DNA of 6,291 nucleotides from a virus (Duplodnaviria; Heunggongvirae; Uroviricota; Caudoviricetes): positions 1-6,291 of IMG/VR virus record IMGVR_UViG_2585427751_000007; one strand, written 5' to 3'. Numbering within the stretch: the first letter of the stretch is position 1; each line of letters opens with the position of its first letter. A program made the translations under genes and the position numbers. Shown here one piece after another: positions 6,059-6,291 of this stretch. A model generated the notes under the pieces. The model searched no databases. It was not told the origin of the DNA and saw only the letters and a list, made by a program, of their open reading frames with translations.

Positions 6059-6291
6059 CCGGTGTTTCAGCCCTGCGTTTCGGTATAGAACAGACTGAAC
6101 TGCTGGTCTGTCAGGTGGAGTTTTTACTTGATGAGCATAACGGGGAAGTCACCCGGCTGGTACTGGCACCGCGTGACGGCTTTATCGTTCCGGCAGAGCC
6201 GGACAGTAAGGGCCGGGGTGGTTCCGGTGACGATGTTGATGCCTTTATTCGCCAGCAGATGAAAAAACAGGGGATCAGCTTTGATGAATGA
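5926..6291 (+). pseudogene. C-terminal fragment (~115 aa) of a baseplate hub protein of the gpD family (P2 gpD / Mu gpP-like), lacking its N-terminal ~2/3 and its own start
   Basis: The frame is open from nt 5911, with the first GTG at 5926 and an ATG at 5965. The translation ...RRAIARSERFSATVRGW...VNLLTGVSALRFGIEQTELLVCQVEFLLDEHNGEVTRLVLAP... resembles the C-terminal region of P2 gpD-like hub proteins as recalled from memory. It overlaps the sheath ORF by ~130 nt in the -1 frame and has no Shine-Dalgarno sequence. Family assignment is tentative. Confidence 0.45.

Noticed and set aside
1-6291. Mu-type terminal repeats (att ends), CRISPR repeats, tRNA/rRNA genes, IS elements
   Set aside because: No CRISPR-like array, no tRNA-like or rRNA-like stretches, and no inverted-repeat-flanked transposase other than the MuA-like fragment were seen. 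Mu ends would lie outside this window, since it starts at ner and ends inside the tail region.

Overview
This window reads as the interior of a Mu-like (transposable phage) prophage, with every supported gene on the + strand, and it appears to carry two internal deletion junctions. The gene order is: a Ner-like regulator; a MuA-like transposase that stops matching MuA just after the second catalytic Asp and continues in frame into a scaffold-like domain; a major head subunit (gpT-like); a small ORF in the gp35 position; gp36-, gp37- and gp38-like genes; a tail sheath; and a C-terminal fragment of a gpD/gpP-like baseplate hub in the -1 frame. The junctions lie at about nt 1405-1425 and nt 5911-5945. 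If real, they removed B, the early and lysis genes, terminase, portal, the protease part of gpI, and the tube/tape-measure genes, so the element is defective. I saw no rRNA, tRNA, CRISPR array, IS element or Mu end repeats. All family assignments are from reading the translations and recalling Mu-family proteins from memory; no database search was run.
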